Position numbers and translations under genes: made by a program. Below, piece by piece: positions 36,801 through 51,400 of a stretch of 64,000 nt of DNA. Below the pieces are notes generated by a model, which made no database searches, was not told the DNA's origin, and saw only the letters and a list, made by a program, of their open reading frames with translations. The DNA is from Phoronis australis. Its lineage: Eukaryota; Animalia; Phoronida. Each line of letters begins with the position of its first letter. Position 1 is the first letter of the stretch. Location of the stretch: contig NMRA01000385.1 of NCBI GenBank assembly GCA_002633005.1, positions 251,839 to 315,838 of the forward strand, given 5' to 3'.

Positions 36801-39800
36801 GCTCCTTGTGGTTACTCGCTACATGAGGCTTCATTTTGACTGACCTATTGACATATGATGGAAAATGCAGGACAGAGTGCATGTCATGTGGCAGTTGGCG
36901 CCTTTTTACGTATAACATTAATTGAATTTTCACCCACTACTAATTTTGCTTCAGGAATGTCAATAAGAGCCACTGTGAGGGCTGTCAATAAGGCAGGTCT
37001 GTTCAGTTCAGCTGTCTCCCAGTTCGTCCTGATAACCCCTGACCTCAAGGTTACAGTTCATGACCTGAAGCCCAATAGCACAGCAACTGATGTGGATTTC
37101 CAAGAAGAAGAAACTCAACTCCAAGGACGCTACGAGATCGCTAATGGCGCCATCGTCACCGAAGTTGAATGGGCCATCTACAGGGCAGATGGTGAGTTAG
37201 GATCTGGCAACATTTGTCTGGTGACTTTTTCAGAGCCTAAGAACCTGGGCAGTATTGTGTGTATATGAGAAGTTTGCAAAAAATACCAAGATGACATCAG
37301 ACCTTTTTTCAAAACCACGTTGTCGAAAGATGAGTGTTTCATGAGTGTGCTCAAAATCTAAAGCATAATCTATCTAGATGCCAGTTCAGCTAAAGTAGTT
37401 AGATTTTGAGATCAGAATTCATAAATTATGGGATAGTACTGTTTCTGTTCTATAAGGTTTCCTTGCCTCAAATGCATGCCCATTGTCTTGGCTCTACGCA
37501 AAGTAGTCCTGGTTTAGCCCTTAAGAGTTTGCCGAGTTTGTTCAGGGTTTCTTAAGACTCTAAAAAACTATTTTTTATATTCTAATTCATTTCATTATTT
37601 GTGTTTTGCATTGATAGAAAGTGTATGTATTTTTTATAAGTAGATCAGGATCTCTTTATTTTTAGGAAACTCAAAACCTGTGTTGCAATTCGAGACCCCA
37701 GGTTTCACTCGTCACATATTTGACATTTCAACTTATAGTTCAATATATTTTCAGTTTTAACATGAAATTCATTTGCTGGCGTATGTGTGTCCTCATTCCT
37801 CTCCAAAGTTATGAAGGTTTTGATCAGTACAATTATTACTGTATTTTTAACTTTTACTGTTTCTATGAAAACTTGATCAAAAATGTTTGTGGTATCAAGC
37901 GTTTTATGAAACTGCTTCAAAAGCTATCTTCGCCAATATTTGCAACCCTTAAAGGTTATCTTAAAGGGTAACACCAGTAAATTTGGTTCCTACAGTATGT
38001 TAAGTGCATCGCTTTGAGCCCACTAGTGCCATAAATTGTCAAATGCTTTTTCTTACGTCACCATCAGAATCAACTTTTAATTCAAACAGCTGCAAATAAC
38101 AATTGCACATAATGGTGTCCTATTCAGGCCCCTATTCAATACAGCTGTTATTGGTCTTTTGCCTGGGATCTTGCGGTGACGAAATAGATCATTTGATGGA
38201 CCTGCATTTGCATGACTGAATTCGCATTTTCTTTTTTACTAAGGCTTTGCTAGGACTACCTGGTTAGCCCAATACATCTAAAATAACAAAATTCTGTAAC
38301 AGTTGAAGTTAGGATGGAAAGGTGAACCAAATTTATTTTGTATTTCTTAATTCTCTTAAATTATTGAAAGCAACATTTTAACGCTCCACTGTTTTTAATA
38401 GACTACATCATTCAGAACTTCACGTCCATTCCAACTGACAGCACTTTCTTCATGAATGACCAGCTTGTCTTGGAGAACCTCAAGATGTACTTCAGTGTGA
38501 TACGCGTCACTGACATTCTTGGGCGGACTGTGGTGGCAGCCTCTGATGGCGTGACTATGAACAAGTTCCCTCCCCAACCTGGAGAAGTTCGTGATGGGCC
38601 TTACAAAGATAGAGATCTCAACTTCTACGAGCCTTACACGTACTTGGAGTGCAACTGGGATGAGTTTGGGGAGCCTGGATCTATGGATCCCTCTAAGGTC
38701 ATCTCTCACTATATAGTTGGCTTGGGCAATGACCGTTCAACAGAGGTCACGAGAACAAATATCCACTGGTATGTTGATGTTGGCACAAACCTTAGTTATA
38801 CTTTTATAGATCTGAATCTGACCAAAATTGATGTTGTTTACTATTGTGCCGTCCGTGCCTTTGCCATGAGTGGTTCATTCTCTGATGGTTACTCCAACGG
38901 TATCGCTGTCGGTTACGAGTACGACATCGGCCCTGGTGGCGTTAAGGTAGATAAGTACTGGTCACGTAATGTGACACTTCCTGTAGCATGGGAACAGTTT
39001 GGTGAAACCTTTGCTAACATAAACTACCAAGTTGCCTTAGCAACCAAGGATGTAGCTGCACGAGTGACCTCTATGACAGGATGCAGAAACTATGGTGACA
39101 TGTCACATAACATCATCAATGACATGTCATTTGATGTACTTAACTGGACAGATGTGAAAACAGACACCATGGTCACTCTGACAAACCTGTCACTACAACA
39201 CAATACATATTACTACCCCATTGTGAAAGCCATCAACGAGGCGGACCACTGCTACACAGAAGTTGGAGAGCCTGTACTGATTGACCTGACAAAACCAGTC
39301 ATGGGCACAGTGGACATCGGGAATGTCTACAATGATGCAGTTTTCTTCTCGACTAAAGAAAAGCTACAAGTCAAGTGGAAGGACTGGGTTGATGCTGAAT
39401 CTGGTATTGACTTTTACAATGTCTACTTAACTCGTGACAGGTGCTCAAATAAAGCTCTTAATGGTGCCAACTTGGTGCCTCTGTTTGAACCTACAGAGGC
39501 TGCCGCCAACGACACGAGCTTGGTGTTCATGCCTGTTGACCTGCAACTCAACAGTGTTCACTATGTGCTGATGACGGCAACTAACAAAGCAAGAATGAAA
39601 TCCCAATTCTTGGCAAGTTACCCAGGGTTCCTGGATGACATCCCTCCAGGTAAGGGAGTTGCTTCTTTGTGACTGGTTAGAATTCTTTAACGGTGACAAT
39701 ATTTGGTAATGAATGCTAGGTTTGCACAGCAGGTTTTCTTTTAGTGATTGTATTTAAGGTATTGGTATCGGCAGTGGGTTTATTGATAGGGCCCTTAATG

Positions 39801-42363
39801 TTAAGTAAACCGACTGTGGAATTTGAAAATTGCACAGTTGGTTTACTTAATTCATTAATTTTCTAGTTTTCTGTTAATTTTTATTCTGGCAACGTGATTG
39901 TCAATATGAAGAACAATATGTGCATGCAAGTGAATACCCTCTGGGGAAACACTAAAAATTTCACCTTCATTTTGATTATAATTGAATTAAATAAAATTGC
40001 TGTACAAACTATTTTCAGTTGTTGGTAGTATTGTGGATGGAAACAGTTGGTACAAGGACATTACCTACACCTCGTCAGTGAATGAGTTAGTGATTACCAT
40101 GGCGATTGCTAATTACAAAGAACAGGTCAGTTAAGCTAACAGTGGTTGTATTTCAAGGAATGTCATATATTTTCATGAAGTGTTGAGTTCTTGATGTTAA
40201 CTGCCAAATACATTACGTGGTCAATATTTTGTTTAGATTTTGACTTGCAGGAATAGACACTAATTCGCTAGGGTCACTTTGCTGGCACTTTGCACGAGGT
40301 TTGAATTCCCCAAAACTATCAGCGTTATCGCTAGTACTTTTGTAGCCAGCCTGCTTACTTCAAAGGACTCACATGGCGTAAGAGGGCTATTCCTCACATC
40401 AATCAATTTAGGGCAGAGAGTGAACGTGTTTTGACATCAATTAACTCGCCTTCGTAGGGTAAAAAGGACCAAATCACAGGGTTCCACCACAAAACATGAA
40501 CACAAATAATATCTTTCAAAGATTACGGTGCACAGGGTTTTAACACTGAAAGTAAGTGAATAACTGGAGTCATGATAGGAAATAAGTGTTGTAAACATTG
40601 GCATAAGGAAACAAAGATAAACCTTACAAATATCTGAAAGACATCTTTTGAAATTTTTTTTAGTTTTCAAATAAGCTCTGAAGCCGGACAGCACATAAAG
40701 TACTGATATTGCTTTGTGCTATTTTTAGTAGAAACATTTCTGAACAGTCTAAACACACTAAAAATTGCCAGAAATTCCCCTCAATGTTATGACATTGCAG
40801 ATCAGATGACCAATCTTGTGGTTAATCTAGCTTTGGAAGTAATTCATAATCTCCTTCCAAACCTATTGTACATTAATGGTGTATCATCAAGAGTTTCTCT
40901 TCTCTCTACTTTATATGCATGGGTTAAGATTGGTGCCAGTGTTCTCTAAAATTGAAATTTTATCCATCTTCCCTGGATGGAGCAGCTAGGAGATGATGCA
41001 TAGGTGTTAAGGAACTTCACTGTCCAAGTAGATATTAACCCATGATGTAGTTCTGGGTGTTCTCAATTATGTTTGCGAGAAGAAACCAGTGGTCCTTTTC
41101 TTTGCGCTCTGACCTGGTGTTGTCGTTGCAGCTCAATTGTCCTGACACAAGAGACCTGAACATCTCATCTTGGACACCTCTCTCTGGATATGAAAAGTAC
41201 TTGGTGGACAGTGATCCCAGAACTCTAACCTCCTTATATGTTGCTGACAATGCTGTCCCTGCAGCTGGAAAGCCGGGGTCAAAGGTTCTCACTTGCCAGC
41301 AACATGCGAAGAAGGACTACATGAAGTGTGCTGGTATGAATCTACCTAGTCATGATTCACAAACTTGGAAAACTCGGTTAATCCCCATGTTCTGCTCAAT
41401 GCCCAAACCAGAAATTTTGAATTTTCACTTACAAACACTGTTGCTTGACTTCATAACACAATTAAGTACAACTAGGTCTTCCTTAAAAGCACGTGGGATG
41501 TCTTAGTTGGTGAACGACTGTCTGACGAGAATTTTAGCACCCCAAGATGTACATAACTTGTTTAGATTTGGGTAAAAAATTTAATTTCATTTTCAATAAC
41601 ACCTAGCTATATTTGGACGTGAAAATATCAGGTTACTACATAAGGAAAGAGTGAAATGGTTCTTTTTAATCGTATTCCTTTCATATGTTTGTATTTGTGT
41701 GTGAAAACTGGCAAATGCATTCACGTGAGCAAACCAATCATTCGGCTAAGCGCTAATTCTCGAATTCTCAAAAAATGGCGCCAGTGCTTATAGTTTGACA
41801 CTCTCCCACTGATGTTTCAATTTCCCTAAGATGGCAACTAAGATGAGTATGGTAATGAAAGTTTTGTGACAAAAATGATGATCATTTGTTGGAATTATAA
41901 TGGAAATTAAGTCTCATTAAGAGTGATTATTTGCAAGTCATTTGTGGAAATTGCAATATATGATAACAGAGTCACTTGATTTGGATCTATTTTAATTTGT
42001 TGATAAACAATGCAATTCAGGGCCATGCTGCTGTAGGAAAATTAGTGCTGGGAAATAGTTGACACCTTTAAATTGCCTTTTGCCATTCATTCCCTAGATG
42101 GCGCTACAAAGTTGCATTATCACAATTATAGGGACTCGCCTTTATGGGTTCAGACTAATCCTGGTGCTTTTACTGCTGAGATGAAGAATTATCATATGTC
42201 AGCACTGTCTGTGGTATACACGTTAAGAAAATAATTTGTTGTTAAAAATTGTTCAGTTCACAAATTCTTAATTTTCAGTTGATATATTTCAACAGAGGTT
42301 TTTTTTAATACGTTTTATTTCTAAATACACTAATATTTACAAACAATGAGATCTTTGCAAATG

Positions 42364-42406
<43 letters not shown>

Positions 42407-45400
42407 CATATCTAAATAATAGAAATTCACGGTTGGTCTAAAATAAGTAGGCATTGATGGCCTCCCAAAAGGCAGTTTTACGGGGTTGTATATTCCTTAT
42501 TTTACAATAATTATACAAAAAACATTTTGAAATTGTGAATATCTAGCAATAGTCTGGTTTCTAGAACATTTATGGATGAAATACTGGCAAATATATTATT
42601 GATATCTTCAAAATTACATCCAAAATATGCTGTCAAAATAACATTTTTATCTAAGATTAAATCATATTGTGCCGTTACGTAAATTTAAAGTTTCTGAATT
42701 TCACACCACACAGTTTTCACAGAACCACATTCCACAAACATATGGTTAAAAGTCTCAGCAGTTCCACAAGATGCACACTTGTCATCACTTACTAAGTTCA
42801 TCTTTTTCAAATTAAGTTTTGTAAACACTTTTCTATGAATATTGATAGAAGTACTTAAAGGTTTTAACATAAGGAGGTAACAAGAGTTTGTGTGGAAGAA
42901 TATAAATTTGTTTAATTTGTTGTCTAGAGTAAATGTCAGTTAAGCTGTACTCTATATCAGGAGGCAAAACAATTTTGGAAAGCAAAATATTTCTAGAAAA
43001 GACATCAGTAATTTGACTTGACTGGGGATGTATGAATTTTGAAATCGAAGGATCAGCTTTCAACTTAATCTCACGTCTCAAAGCAGCATAATGAATCCAA
43101 TTTGAAAGCTTATATCTATTTTTCAAAACCTCCCATGTCAGAAATTTATTTTCAAAATTCAAAAGATCCTTCACAAAAGTAATACCAGCCTCAAAGAAAC
43201 TATTAAAGAATAGTCCTATTAATCAATATGTTTTTGTTATTCCACGCTACTTGGTTTACAATTGTTATGTCCTTATGTAAATGAGCACTTATTTCTTCCC
43301 AAGCAATCAAAATGTCAAGATAGAAGGTATCAATATTTGTAAGAGACAGCAATTTACCATGATCATAATTTGATTTAAAGATCAAGATACCTCCATATGT
43401 TTTAAAAACATACCCTGGAAACACTTTGAAAACTTCATCGTTTCCATCTAAGCAACGCGTAACCCACTTAACTAATAATGACTTGGACATAATATTTATA
43501 TCAGGAAGTGACAAACCACCATTTTCATGGGTATTTACAGCCACATTTTTTTAATTCTAGGTGGTTTATTTTGCCAAACAAAATTTTTTATCATTGTTTA
43601 CTATATTTATCTTAGTTCTACGTTCGTTGTCAATTCCTAAATAGCTCATCACATAAATTATTTTAGACAGCGCCAATATTTTAATTACATTGATCCTTCC
43701 TAACAATGAAATATTGCGACTTTTCCAGATATCAAGAGACTTTTTAAAGGACTTAATTTTGAGTTCAAGATTTAAAAAATCATTTTCTTTTTTGTTATGA
43801 CTAAAAAATAGTCCCAGACTCTTGATTAGTTTGCCAGTCCACTTGAAGCCATAAAGTGGTTGAGAACACTCTTTTTCTCGACCTAAATATAACCCTTCAC
43901 ATTTCTTAATTAGCTGGAGACCAGAGAGTAAACCAAAATGTTCTAAAAATTTAAGACAATTTGTGCCAGAATTTTTGTCATGAAGAAATAAGATTGTGTC
44001 ATCTGCGTACTGGAGAATTTTAACTTCAGTTTTCTCAACACTTATGTCTTTAATTAAACTACACTTTCCTATATAATTGGCCATAACTTCAACACCCAGG
44101 CAAAATAATGGGCATCACAATGAATCACCCTGTCTTACACCCCTTTCTAAACGAAAATAATCTGTTGTAAAACCATTATTGACAACACAAGCTGTTGGTT
44201 TGTTATACATTATTTCTACCCACCGTGTAAAACCCTGTCCAAAATTAAAAGCCTTCAAATATTGAAAAATAAAGTCCCATTTTATTGTATCATACGCCTT
44301 GCAAAAGTCCAAAGATAAAATATGTCCTTGACCATTAGTAATGCTTGTATAAGAAATCATATCCTGAATGATTCGAATATTGTATCCTATGTATCGTCCT
44401 TTAACAGATGTTTGACCTTGGTGAACCAGTTTCCCCATGATATTGTTTATACAGTCTGTAAGAACTTTTGTAAGTATTTTATAATCAGTATTCAATAGAG
44501 ATATTGGACGCCAATTATCCAAGGACTGGAGCTCGAACTCATCTTTTGACTGGGGTAGGAGCGTTATTGCTCCTTGCCTCTGTGACGTAGATAATTCTCC
44601 CACTGAAAAACTAGATTCAAAAGCTTCAAGTAAGGAGTTTTTAACTTCATGCCAGAAATATTTATAAAATTCGTAAGTTAGCCCATCATTTCCTGGAGAC
44701 TTATTATTTTTACAAGTTTTTAAAACTTCATAAAATTCGCTCTTTCTTAAAGGTTCATCCAGTTCTTCAAAATCACTGGATGGTACATCACTGGCGATAT
44801 TAAAAAGATCTGGTTTAATAGTGGATGGTGTTTCCATTTGACGATCTGTGAAAACAGAAGAGTAATAATGAGTCAACTCTGACTACCGAATGATCCGAAA
44901 AATTGTAATCACTTTTAATGAAACAATTGAGATGATCTTTGAAGTTCTTTGAAACCAACCAGTAATCAATTTTGCTTTGTAATCTGTAGGAACTATTATG
45001 CCATGTATATTGTTTTTTGCCTGGATTCTGAATTCTCCAGACATCAAATAGATGGAAAGACTCTGCAAAACCTTTAAGCTTGTCAATGACTGTTTGTTTA
45101 TCTCTAGTATCTCTTATTCCTTGTTTATCAATTTTTCCTAATGGGCAATTAAAATCACCAGCACAAAAATATTATTGTTGTTTGCATATCTTTGGAAAGT
45201 ATTATTTAACTTGTCCAAAAACATTAATTGAGATCTATTTTCATTTGGAAAGTAAACTTCTATGAAAATATAATTATGATCATCCACATCTGCGTCAATG
45301 CACAAATAACGACCATCAAGATCTTCGATACATCTTTTAACTGTAACATTTAAGTTGTTGTTAAACACGATGGCAACACCCCTACTGTGCTCTGACCCAT

Positions 45401-48400
45401 GAGCAGCATAGATTCTACTTCCCCACTCATGTCCCCATTACCTTAATGTTAGTTATTGTACTGTATGTTTCTTGTAAAAAGGCAATTAATATCAACCCTC
45501 TCCTTCCTCAAACAAGAAAACAAGTGCTGCCTTTTCAATTCATGATTTAAACCCCTGCAATTTAACAATATTAAGTTTAAGCTAACCATTGTCATCAATT
45601 GGGAAACCACAAAACCTATAACTAGATAAACCACTACAAAACCTTTCAACAAAAAATAAATGAACCGAGATCACGAGAATATAGAAACCATTCACTCCGT
45701 CACACACACACCTATGAATCAACAAAAAATATATACAACTGAAAGAATTCAAGTCCATCTTGTTCTGTCCATCTTGGCCATCTGGCTAGCCACTCGTAGT
45801 CGCAAATTAAATATGTTCATTACCATTGATCACCTTTATAGTTCCGTTTGTCAACTGTACATAGATCCTGCCATCGCTGGACCAGCTACTTTTGACTTTA
45901 TCATTCTTTGAATGCAGACTTGAGTAAATTATAGTTTAGCGATGTTCGGTCTTCCAAAATATAATAGCCCGTATCTTTTAGAACCTTCTTCTGTTTAAAC
46001 AGGTCCTTTTCTCTAGTTTGATAAGAAATGAATTTCACAATATTTGGTCTCGGAGTTGTTGATTGGACAGAGTGTCTTGACACTCTACCTGTAGTTTTGA
46101 GTTTCAAATTCGGTGTGCACGGTCAATCTCTGCAGGTTTAACTTTTACTTTAAGAGATTTTTTCCAAAAACTCTGTCACTGTTTGAATACATACTTCAGA
46201 TTCCTCTTCTTTCAAACCATAGATTCGTAGACTATTCCTTCTTGAATGCTGCTCAAGAGAATTCACCTTTTCCTTCAAGACCTCATTTTCCCTTTTAAGC
46301 TTGACCAGTTCTTCATTCAACTTCAAAATATCCTCCTTGATGATAAGTTTCACAGATTTTGCAATCCTCTCATCGAGTTTAGCAAATCTTTCCTCTAACT
46401 GTTTTGCATCCATCTTGAACAGTATAACGCACAGCAAGGGTTATTTACACTGAGTGACTAACCTAGATTCCTTTCAGTCATCCATGGTGGTTTTGAATGG
46501 TGACCTTTTACCAGAAACAGCAGGGGTCTAGTTCAGACAGTAGTAATGTTGGTCAGTGAGTTGCCACTAAACACAGCTATATCAGTCATAGGACAAGCCC
46601 CACTACAAACAACAAACTTTCTCTATCTGGTGAAAGTATTCAAATACCTCAAAACAAGTTCATCATAGTATCTGACACAAATTTCACATCTCTGCAATTT
46701 TCTGCCTGCTCCTGTATGTTCGTTTGCAAAATATTTGATATACTGTTGAGAGCAGTTTTACACACCACTTGATAAGCTGCAGCAGTGCCCCCTCAACAGA
46801 GTTATTAGACAGATAGTTCTCCTCGTTATTATTAAGCTTTGTAATGCACAGATTTCAGCAAATAAACTTTGTTGAGATATTGTGAATTTCACAGCAGTGC
46901 AATGAGTCTTTGAAAAATAGAAATGTTAATGCCAGTTTTATCAGTCATCTATTTGACGTGTTTACGACACATGTTAATTTCAGGCATCTATGGAGAGGCA
47001 GAAACAATCATGGAAGGCAAATATAGCGTCACCATGCAGATTGCTGCCGGTGACAAGGTGATGACAACTTTTGCCATGACGGAGGTTGTTCTCGATGAGC
47101 CTGATGTGGGCGTGGCACCAAGAGTTGAAGATGAGAAGAGTGCAGCTGAAATTCTTGCTCAGGGTGCTCCTTATGTGCCTCCCACAAGACCACCAACTGT
47201 GGCCACAGTAAGAGTCACTTGTCTCTCAGATTTTCTTTCTCGTGGTGTTATGTGTCATCTGGCCTGGATTCCGCAGATGTAAGAGACTTGTGATAACTCA
47301 AGACTATGCATGACATGGCGAGATATCACGGCCATGTATTAGAAGCGGAGCATGTGATGACGCAGCTTAAAGTCCTTCTTGCAAACTGCCCATGTGGTTC
47401 CAGTATCCGAAAATACTTACTACATAAATTCTTATTTTCGACACCCTTTCTTTATATTCTTTTCGCCTTTCTTGCCAAAAGCGATTTTTTAACAGTATTT
47501 GACCCTTCTCTCTGATCGTATGATTACCGGTTGTCATCGGTTATTTCCGTACCCACATTTCCGGCTCATCAGTTCAGGAACTTGTCCTGAACGCCACCAT
47601 TTTTTCCTTGTAACTGAATGTGCTATGGCTTGCTCGAAAAGTCTTCATTATTTTGTTTCATTAGTAATATATCGTGATTCGTTTGCATATGTAGTGTATT
47701 TATAGTTTGTAGTTAGTGGTCGTTGATTTTTTTTGGAATGTTACGTGTACTTAGTATGTTAAAATAGCATTGGTGTTTAGTTCCTTAGGTAGGCGGGTCG
47801 AACCTAGGAACCAATATGGGTCGAACCAATTTTTTTTTCGGTTTTATTTTTTCCTCGTTTTGAAAAAGTACTTTACTATCATCGGAATGGTAGTACATTC
47901 TACTCAGTAAAAATCGAAAAAGTATCAAAATCGGGGCAAGCAGTGTAAAGTTATTGCAAGTTTTGTGGCGAAATTTGGGTCACTTTGTTTGGATCGCGTC
48001 GGCCATATTGGAGGACAGCGGGATAAGTTACGAGTTTAAAACTTTGTGTAAATTGTTTTCGCCAACAAATTACGGTGAAATTTAGTTAGACATATCTTTA
48101 CTTACTATTCTGCACGATTCAACAGTGTTCACCAAATTTCAGCCTCGCAGTTGTTACTCATTAAGTGATAAATGTGCTCACAATTCCCGTTGGACTTCGT
48201 CTCATTTCTGGCGGCACCTACAATGTCGACTTTTGCTGAACTGAAAGGCATGTTCAATCGGCTACTTTGTAATTTGTGAAGATTTAACGTTGATACATTT
48301 TGACAAACGTTGCTACAAAAAAGAAACTTTGTTCAATTTTCGTGTTTTTTGTGTTTGTGGCCAGCGACCAGTTAGGCCTAAGGGTAGTCTTGGCGCAAAG

Positions 48401-51400
48401 CTGGCGTGCGTTCAGTAGACGCTAGGACCTACGCTAGGACCTTGCAAAATCCTAGTCAAAGTCACATGTTCTCATTTAAAATACACGGCAATATCTCACG
48501 TAATCTCGCGAAGTCTTGCTTCTTAGCGAGGTCCTAGCGCTACTGAACGGGAGGCTGTATAGGCCTACTAACAAGCTGTATTTTGACTATAGTCTTCACT
48601 GGTAGCTGGTGACTGAGGCTAACTAAGGTCTGCCGCGGCAGTGTGACACAGGACTAACCAGCCCGTAATTTCATGCAAGTGTCTGAAACTACCCTTGAAT
48701 ATATGCAGCATTTATCATTTGACCATTTTACTTCGACAAAACAGCTTGCAACCGCATGCATTTACCGTTCGCCAGTGTCTGGTCTCGATCCGCACCGGGT
48801 CCGATAGGCTGCGGTCCCGAGTCTGGCAAAATAATTTCTGTCAAAATTTATTCGCCACATTTCTTCAGCAAATTCCATAAAATTGTCCGTAGTTTGATTT
48901 TATCAAAATTAAGGCGCGCTGTCGATTTTTTTATCCCCGTATGCTGGCTGGTAACAGTACAGGCACTGCTCCAGTCGCACTGACGGCGTTTTCTCGACCT
49001 GGGTTCCTGAATGAATTGTACTTCCGGGTTCGCGGCAAGTTCAAAATGGTGGTGTTTCTTCGGGTGCGAATCGTGAGTGGCGCGTTCATTTAAACTGTTT
49101 TCAAGTATGGATCGTGTATTAGTTATGGGGTAGGTACTTCTTGGATCCTTATAACATCTTCTAACCATGTAATAAGGGTTAACAACGCGTGAGAGAAGGA
49201 CTTTAACTTTTCTTGTGATCATCCTGCCTCTACAGAACGTAGCCCAGTTTAATTGTCATGTAAAGTTATGTATTGGTAGGACTAATGTAGGTTCACATAA
49301 TAGTTTTCAGTTCATCATGTTGGAGCTTATAAGTTGCAATTAGAAATTTTTATCATCCTTCGTTTACCATGACTAAATTTTGAAATACATAGTGGCCAGT
49401 TGCTTGAAACAGCCGCATTTAGGGACTCAACTGTATTCCCGAAACCTTCAGTGCATTAATTTTGTGGTTGTTTGTGCAAACACAGACTGCTGCTCTTCTT
49501 GTTATTTTGTCTGTATTTTTACATCATATTTTAGCTTTGATATACAGTGAGGTCAATCTCTATGTTGAATTTTCAATATTATTGAAATTACACAGTGTAG
49601 TTTTCATGCAACATCTCTAATTTAAGAACTCTGTCATTATTTATTTTCATTAAAATAAGCGACCAGTTTTCATATATACATTAATTTATTGGATAGCGCA
49701 ATAATAAAAAGAGGAGCTAATAATAAAGACAATTTGTTACATTTAAGTAAACAATTGTCTTCAAATGTCCTGAAAGATTTAGAAAACATTAGTTGATACC
49801 GTTTTGGGACTGTTTCATGCAACCGGGCACTGTTAGGTAGTCTGATATTGTATTGGAACACAATCATGCAAATGATTGACAGTCTTCAAAAACCCTGACT
49901 GTTGTCCAGAAGTAAAGGGCACTGTTGTTGTTGTCATCTTAGGTCAAGCCATGCAAAGGCAATTGCAGCAATTCAACTGAGGCTGTGACCACCACCACAA
50001 CAACGGAAACACCCACTACAACTACAACTACCATGGCACCAACGACAACAACTACAGTTGTTACAACAACATCAGTTTTTAGAAACGGTTCAGGCAATGC
50101 CACCAATGTTGCTGTAACGACAACCTCAGCACCAGTAATCACCACTACCAAAGACCCACGAGAAGTTATTGTCAACTACAAAAGTGGATTTGGACTTACT
50201 TTCTTTGGTAAGGTTATTGTTTCTAGTGCGGGCCTCTGTGGAAAGCAGTGAGAACTGATGGGGCTACCTTCTGATAATAAATAAATGTTATGGCAGTTGC
50301 TTTCTGAGTGTAATGGTATTCTTATAGACCATTATTGAAATGATCTCATTCATATTCATCAAACTGAATGTGAAAGGATGGTAACGTCACGACTTCTTCC
50401 ACTTTGTTTACAGGGTGTTCTGCAATTTGTACCTGATTTAAGTTTTCGTTTCATTGAATATTCCTTCATGAAGGGCTTGAGCAGTTTTGGGAGCGCAGTT
50501 GAATGAAAGACTCAAATATTATATGTGCTGCAATAAATAGGTTCGCAGGCATCCGTAGTCTGCAAGTTTAGTCAGGACCTCAGGTGTCTCACTTGACTAA
50601 ACTCACTGGTAAAGCTTTACAATAATCTTAATGTAGTTGCATATTTTGAATGTATATGAACAGAATAGAAATAATTGTTGAGCTGCTGCATGCACCCATT
50701 CTAGTGTTGTTTAAACCAATGTTATACCCAGGTGGAATCAAAAAATGGGACATTTGAAAAACCCCAAAGGTTGGTCATTGGTCTCTAGAGGTATTGCAGT
50801 ATAAGATAATCATTTACTTAGAGACGCTGGAGATTGGGTGCAGATGTTTTAGCCTGGTTCGTCAGGTCTTTATCAGTGAGTGAGGAGTTTCCTGCCTTTT
50901 GCTGGTTAAGAATGTTTGAAAACACCAGAAACTAGACAGACCCACAGCTGTGGGGGAACACATATTGACAACTGGACATTCTATCTCCCTTGCATCATCC
51001 AAGATCTTACCCAAGGAATAGAATTGGTATGCTCGCAAGTTAAGAGTCCATAAACATCAGCACTCAGCGCCCTTTCTTGAACTGGGACCGAGGTCTCAAC
51101 TTACCTGCTTTGTATTTGAGAATTCTTAGCCAGCAAAAGGCGGGAAACTCCTCACTCTTCGATAAAGACCTGGCGGACCAGGTTGAAACGTCTGCACCCA
51201 ATCTACAATGTCTCTAAGTAAGTGATTATCTTATACTGCAACCCTAAAACTATTAGTGGAAGCCAGTTTCCCACCAGAAGACAGTCAATAAATGTTTACC
51301 AGAATTGATAGATGTTGGGTATCATTGTCATCATAATTTTGGGCTATGTTGGTAATAAATGCTAGTTTTCTGAAAAACAGCAGTCTCAAATTGAGGCAAG

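Larger units (their letters stand above)
42298..46792 (-). mobile_element. Degenerate L1/Tx1-clade LINE with both ends retained (ORF1 + EN-RT-zinc knuckle ORF2)
   Basis: TSD tcaacagag at 42289-42297 and 46793-46801; 5' GGGGGCAC; AATAAA + A8 tail; multiple frameshifts and stops. Confidence 0.92.

Noticed and set aside
47785-49230. Complete Kolobok-like element starting (c)ttaggtaggcgggtcg
   Set aside because: No matching right TIR or TTAA pair could be identified.
49939-50175. Minus-strand Val-rich, TM-like ORF
   Set aside because: Antisense shadow of the Thr-rich exon 28.
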